A DNA stretch of 64,000 nucleotides from Candidatus Bathyarchaeia archaeon. Lineage in GTDB: Archaea; Thermoproteota; Bathyarchaeia; Bathyarchaeales; Bathycorpusculaceae. Where the stretch lies: the NCBI GenBank assembly GCA_050015395.1, contig JBEKBM010000012.1:19498-83497 (forward strand). The letters are read 5' to 3'. Under the pieces are notes generated by a model. The model searched no databases, was not told where the DNA came from, and saw only the letters and a list, made by a program, of their open reading frames with translations. The translations under genes and the position numbers were made by a program. Positions 59,223 through 64,000 of this stretch are shown here, piece by piece; the first letter of the stretch is position 1; each line of letters begins with the position of its first letter.

Positions 59223-62200
59223 AGATAACTTTCAAGAGCTACTAAACTTCGTTTCAGACTCTATTGTGGTCTTTAATCAAGAAGGTGTTGTGCTGGCTGC
59301 TAACAAAACCGCAAGCATTCTTTTTGGACTAGCGGTTGAGGAATTAATAGGCAATCATATTGAAGACCTAAAGATTATTGATGAAAAAACAAAGATATTT
59401 GTTAAAAATCAGCTCCAGAAAAGAATTAAAGGCAAAGAAATCGAGAATTACGACATTCCCGTTCTCGTAAATGGAGAAACTAGATACTTTGAGCCAAAAG
59501 GCAATAGAATCGATTACTTTGGAGAACCAGCTATCCTAATCATTCTACGGGATATAACAGAAAAAAGGCAGATTCAGGGACAGCTATTAGTAAAAATTGC
59601 AAAGATGGACGAACAATGCCAAGAATCTGAGGAGAAATACAGGAAGCTTTTCCAAGAATCAAAGGATGCTATGATCTTAGTTAATGAAAAAGCCAAGGTT
59701 ACTTGCTGGAACCCGGCTGCTGAAAAAACATTCGGCTACAGAAGTGAAGAGGCAATTGGCAAAGATATACACAAACTAGTTGTTCCAAATACGATATGCA
59801 AAGAGGGAAAAGAACGCATCAGCTCAAGCGTAAAGGTGTTTACTGAAACAGGCATGGGCTATTTCACAGTTGGAAACGTTGAATTAGCCGGGCGCCGCAA
59901 GGACGGCACAGAATTCCCTGCTGAATTGTCAATTTCACCTATAAAGTTATGCGGTAAATGGAATGCGGCCGGAGTAGTAAAAGACGTCACCGATAGGAAA
60001 AAAGCTGAGCAGAAACTAAGAGAGGCGGAACAACGTTACCATGCATTATTTAACGAAGCTCCTTTAGGCGTCTTGGTTATCGACTCTCAAACCGAAAAGC
60101 CCGTCGAGTTCAATGACATAGCCCACACCCAGCTGGGCTATTCCAGAGAAGAGTTTTCAAAACTGCGCATTTCAGATTTTGAAGCAAAGGAGACAGCTGA
60201 CGAAATAAGCACGCACGTAGCCAGAATGGTGAGGGAGGGAGGAGGCGAGTTTGAGACCAAACAGCGCACCAAAAACGGCGAGATCAGAGATGTTCTAGTA
60301 ACCACCAGAGCAGTTGAATTAGCGGGCAAACCCTTCCTCCACTGCATTTTCCACGACATAACAGAGATCAGAAAAGTGCAAGATGCCTTAATGAAAAGCG
60401 AATCGCAATATCGTCAACTAGTTAACGTTGCACAAGAGGGCATTTGGGCGATGGACAGCAACTATCGCACTGTTTTTGTTAATCCTCGAATGGCTGAGAT
60501 GTTGGGATACGCTGAAAGTGAAATAGTCGGGAAAAGCCTATTCGATTTTCTATTCAAAGCTGACGTCGAACAAGCCACGCAGTCTCTGTCACAGTTCAAG
60601 CAAGGGATGAAAGGAAATTTTGAATATGAATTAATTCGTAAAGACGGCTCCCGCGTCAACACAAGCATCGCTGCCGCTCAGATCAGAGATGACGAAGGAA
60701 GCTTCTTAGGTACTCTTGCCTTAGTCGCAGACATTACTCTGCGCAAAAAAATGGAGAATGAACTGAGACAAGAAACCGAAAAACTGGAAACTATAACAGA
60801 AAGCATAGGCGTTGGACTCACTATAACCAGCAAAGACTACCGCATTCTCTGGACCAACAAGGTCATGAAACGGATTAGAGGCATACCAGACTTAGTAGGC
60901 AGAACGTGCTACGCCACCTACAACTACTTAGACACCGTTTGCCCCGAGTGCGGCGTAAAAAAGGTTTTCGAGGGCAAAGAATTCGACTCTCGCGAGTACA
61001 CGGTTTTCGACCGAGAAAAAGGCTCCACCGTCTGGATACAGCTTATCGCCACGCCGATCAAGGATAAAGACGGAAACGTAACGTCCGCATTAGAGCTCGT
61101 GTTGCCAATAACCGAACGCAAAATGATGGAACAATCCTTGAAAGACAGCGAAGAACGATTCCGTGCCATCAGTACCTCTGCCATGGATGCCATCATTTTG
61201 GTGGATGGAGAAGACAAGGTCATTTACTGGAATCCCGCTGCAGAGAGAACCTTCGGCTTCGCAGAAAAAGAAGTAGTAAACAAAAAACTGGCAGAACTGG
61301 TCATCCCGCTACATGGACGCAAGAATCACGCAGCGCTACTAGAAGAATTGAAGCACAATTCATTTTCAAAAGAACACTTCGAGTTCACGGCGCTCCGGAA
61401 GGATGGGACAGAGTTTCCGATGGAACTGTCTGTGGCGTCCGTGAAGTTGAAAGACAAAAACTGCCTGCTATCAATTGTTAGGGACGTTTCGGAACGGAAA
61501 GCTATGGAAGAAGCGCTCAGACAAGAGCGAGACAAGCTTGAATCCATCACAAAAAACATTGGCGCGGGACTCGTAACCATCAGCAAGGACTACAAAATAT
61601 TATGGCTAAACAACTATTTGAAACAATTCACAGGCGCTTCGGAAAACAACCCATGTTATTCATCCTTTAATACATGTACCACAATCTGCCCTGATTGCGG
61701 TCCCAAAAAAATTTTTGAAGGGGCTCCTTTTGACACCCGTGAATACTGCAACAAAACGGAATACAACAAGGACCACCCAGTTTGGTTTGAACTTATCGCC
61801 ACTCCAATTAAGGACAAAGATGGAAATGTCGTGGCGGCGTTGGAACTCACGGTAAACATAACTGAAAAGAAGAATCTGGAGGCCAAATTGGCGGAGTATT
61901 CTCAAAAACTGGAGAAGCTGGTTGAGGAAAGAACGAAACAGTTGCAGCAGACTCAAGCGAAACTTGTCAAATCTGAAAGGTTGGCGGCCATTGGCGAATT
62001 GGCAGGCATGGTTGGTCATGACCTGCGCAATCCGTTAACAGGAATCAAAAACTCTTCCTATTACTTGAAAAAGAAAGGCGCCGAAATTTCCGAAGCCCAA
62101 GCTAAAGAAATGCTTGAAACAATCGACAAATGCGTAGACTATTCAAACAAAATTGTCAGTGACCTTTTGGATTACTCAAAAGAAATCCGTTTAGAGCTGC

Positions 62201-62700
62201 AAGAATGCTCATTACGAAAGTTGCTAGCTGAGGCTTTAGCCATGATGAACATGCCAGAAAAAGTGGAAATTCTAAACCATCTTCCAGATGAGCTACACCT
62301 AAAGGTAGATTCTGACAAAATAAAACGTGTTTTCATAAATCTTATCAAAAATGCTGTTGATGCTATGCCAAACGGAGGCAAAATAACGATTGATAGTAAA
62401 GAAGTAAATGGCAGTTTGGAAATCTCTTTCGCGGACATCGGCATAGGCATTAGTGACGAAGTCCTGCCAAAGCTTTTCGCCCCATTGTTCACTACGAAAG
62501 CGCAAGGTATGGGCTTCGGCTTAGCAATATGCAAACGCCTCATCGAGGCACATGGGGGAACAATAACGGTTAAAACAGCTAAAGGCAAAGGAACAACTTT
62601 CACAGTTACTTTGCCAATTGAACCAAAACTTGAAATTGGAGGTGAAAAAATTTGGATAAACATGCCAAAATCCTCGTTGTCGATGATGACGAAAACATAA
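59191..62700 (+). CDS. Cytoplasmic multi-PAS (7) sensor histidine kinase
   Basis: Seven PAS/PAC repeats; H-box GHDLRNPL, N-box NLIKNAVDA, DIGIG, FTTK, GMGFGL. Confidence 0.95.
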   Translation: MQRKSKSNAFKDNFQELLNFVSDSIVVFNQEGVVLAANKTASILFGLAVEELIGNHIEDLKIIDEKTKIFVKNQLQKRIKGKEIENYDIPVLVNGETRYFEPKGNRIDYFGEPAILIILRDITEKRQIQGQLLVKIAKMDEQCQESEEKYRKLFQESKDAMILVNEKAKVTCWNPAAEKTFGYRSEEAIGKDIHKLVVPNTICKEGKERISSSVKVFTETGMGYFTVGNVELAGRRKDGTEFPAELSISPIKLCGKWNAAGVVKDVTDRKKAEQKLREAEQRYHALFNEAPLGVLVIDSQTEKPVEFNDIAHTQLGYSREEFSKLRISDFEAKETADEISTHVARMVREGGGEFETKQRTKNGEIRDVLVTTRAVELAGKPFLHCIFHDITEIRKVQDALMKSESQYRQLVNVAQEGIWAMDSNYRTVFVNPRMAEMLGYAESEIVGKSLFDFLFKADVEQATQSLSQFKQGMKGNFEYELIRKDGSRVNTSIAAAQIRDDEGSFLGTLALVADITLRKKMENELRQETEKLETITESIGVGLTITSKDYRILWTNKVMKRIRGIPDLVGRTCYATYNYLDTVCPECGVKKVFEGKEFDSREYTVFDREKGSTVWIQLIATPIKDKDGNVTSALELVLPITERKMMEQSLKDSEERFRAISTSAMDAIILVDGEDKVIYWNPAAERTFGFAEKEVVNKKLAELVIPLHGRKNHAALLEELKHNSFSKEHFEFTALRKDGTEFPMELSVASVKLKDKNCLLSIVRDVSERKAMEEALRQERDKLESITKNIGAGLVTISKDYKILWLNNYLKQFTGASENNPCYSSFNTCTTICPDCGPKKIFEGAPFDTREYCNKTEYNKDHPVWFELIATPIKDKDGNVVAALELTVNITEKKNLEAKLAEYSQKLEKLVEERTKQLQQTQAKLVKSERLAAIGELAGMVGHDLRNPLTGIKNSSYYLKKKGAEISEAQAKEMLETIDKCVDYSNKIVSDLLDYSKEIRLELQECSLRKLLAEALAMMNMPEKVEILNHLPDELHLKVDSDKIKRVFINLIKNAVDAMPNGGKITIDSKEVNGSLEISFADIGIGISDEVLPKLFAPLFTTKAQGMGFGLAICKRLIEAHGGTITVKTAKGKGTTFTVTLPIEPKLEIGGEKIWINMPKSSLSMMTKT

Positions 62701-63104
62701 GGAACACTATGAAGACTATACTTGAGGACGAAGGATACATTGTTGATTTAGCAGCTACCGGAAGCGAAGCTATCCGAAAAACGAAGAAATCAGCCTATAA
62801 CATCGCGCTATTAGATATCCGACTGCCTGACATAGAAGGCGTTGAACTGTTAAAATTGATTAAGGACGCTGTTCCACGGACACGCAAAATAATGGTGACA
62901 GGTTACCCCTCAATGCAAAATGCCATAGCAGCCTTAAACAAGAACGCAGACGCATACCTGATCAAACCCATAGACATCGAAAACCTTCTAAACACAGTAA
63001 AAGAGCAGTTGCAATTACAAGAAAACGAAAAAGAATTTAGCGAACAAAAGGTAGCTGAATTCATTGAAACCAGAGTCAAAGAACTGTCCATAGACCAACC
63101 TTAA
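62652..63104 (+). CDS. Response regulator receiver protein
   Basis: ILVVDDD, LLDIRLPD, TGY, KP. Confidence 0.93.
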   Translation: MDKHAKILVVDDDENIRNTMKTILEDEGYIVDLAATGSEAIRKTKKSAYNIALLDIRLPDIEGVELLKLIKDAVPRTRKIMVTGYPSMQNAIAALNKNADAYLIKPIDIENLLNTVKEQLQLQENEKEFSEQKVAEFIETRVKELSIDQP

Positions 63105-63230
63105 GTAGTCGAAAAACTCCAATTTTTTATTTCTTTCTAAGCTTTATTCAATAATTTTAATTGTTGTTGTCATTATACTACCACGCATGTTAATACGGCA
63201 AATTTGCCAGTTGTTCTTTACGGTGAAAAA

Positions 63231-63440
63231 ATGGAAACATTAAGCGTAAATGACAAACAAGGAATGGAAATTTGCGAGAACGTTGGGCAAATACTTGTTG
63301 AAGAACTTGATTCTGAAGATGTCTGGAATAGAGTTGAACAAATGCTTGCCGATTACCTAAAAAATAACAACATAAACATGGATGCTTCTGACTTAACAGA
63401 CAAGCTTGAATGGTCAGTGAAAGTAAAACTAAAAAAATAA
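63231..63440 (+). CDS. Hypothetical protein
   Basis: GGTGA RBS before ATG 63231; acidic helical composition. Confidence 0.55.
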   Translation: METLSVNDKQGMEICENVGQILVEELDSEDVWNRVEQMLADYLKNNNINMDASDLTDKLEWSVKVKLKK

Positions 63441-63816
63441 GCTTTTTCCCAAAATCAAACACTAATTTTTTTCTGTTTTTTGGAGGTGACAGCTTTGGCG
63501 GAAGAGAGAAAGAAGGGCCAATTTACTATTAGACAACGAAAAAAGACAAGAGAAATAATTGAAGAAGGTCATCATCAAGTAAATATACCTCCAGATGTTG
63601 GCGACGAAGAAAAGAAGGCGTTGGAGCAAACTGGGGACGATGCAACCTCGGGATGGTAAAATAATTAACAAACTACGAATTTTTTCCATCTCTAATCAGC
63701 AAACAAAACAGCCCTCTTACCTTAAAAAAGCTGATTCCATTTTTAGCAGAAAGCTGTGTTATAACGTTTCAAAACCTAAAATTTTGAGTTATTTAGCTCT
63801 ATTTATTATATAAAAC

Positions 63817-64000
63817 TGTCATGTCAACTTTCCAACGTTACACTCGTAGAGGTCCGCTGGGTATGCTTTTACGCCTCTGTGAAAGCGTGAATGGTTAAAC
63901 CAGTCTCTGTAATCGCCTATTTGGCCGTTGAGCCATTGAGGAATCTTACGCAGATGATTAATGAACTCTCGGTTAAGGTTCTGAATGCACCGTTCAACCT
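63817..64000 (-). mobile_element. 3' end of an IS481-like insertion sequence (DDE transposase C-terminus, stop at 63819)
   Basis: VERCIQNLNREF...DWFNHSRFHRGVKAYPADLY...KLT*; element boundary begins with TGT at 63817 next to AT-rich flank. Confidence 0.7.

Noticed and set aside
1-64000. CRISPR array, cas genes, rRNA
   Set aside because: No regularly spaced repeats or recognisable motifs

Overview
Archaeal DNA, most likely Bathyarchaeia. This is inferred from gatDE, Elp3, RIO2, an Sm protein, aRF1 and rps30e (S30e argues against Euryarchaeota), plus many stand-alone Lrp/AsnC ligand-binding domains. Layout: 0-12 kb holds ion-homeostasis and stress genes (two CPA antiporters, MgtA, OsmC, CBS) and a divergent aRF1 paralogue. 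13-17 kb is a group 3b [NiFe] hydrogenase operon with fused beta-gamma subunits. 17-27 kb is an accessory region with gene debris, a ~120-bp repeat present twice in inverted orientation, and an exosortase/archaeosortase next to two paralogous surface proteins carrying a PES-TM-basic tail. 28-39 kb is mostly core genes (rps30e, elp3-gatD-gatE, Sm, rio2, pyrI) with two decayed toxin-antitoxin pairs. 40-47 kb has an ABC exporter, CDGSH plus thioredoxin-fold genes, a Grs/Gms-like radical SAM and PiT. 48-56 kb is an APC permease plus kdpABC island with no KdpD/E, three HTH-less Lrp domains and a promoter motif present three times, each followed by a small ORF. 57-64 kb has an integrase remnant at tRNA-Pro(GGG), a 7-PAS kinase with its receiver, and the end of an IS481-like element. 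No CRISPR array or rRNA was seen. All calls come from reading motifs by eye; no database searches were run.
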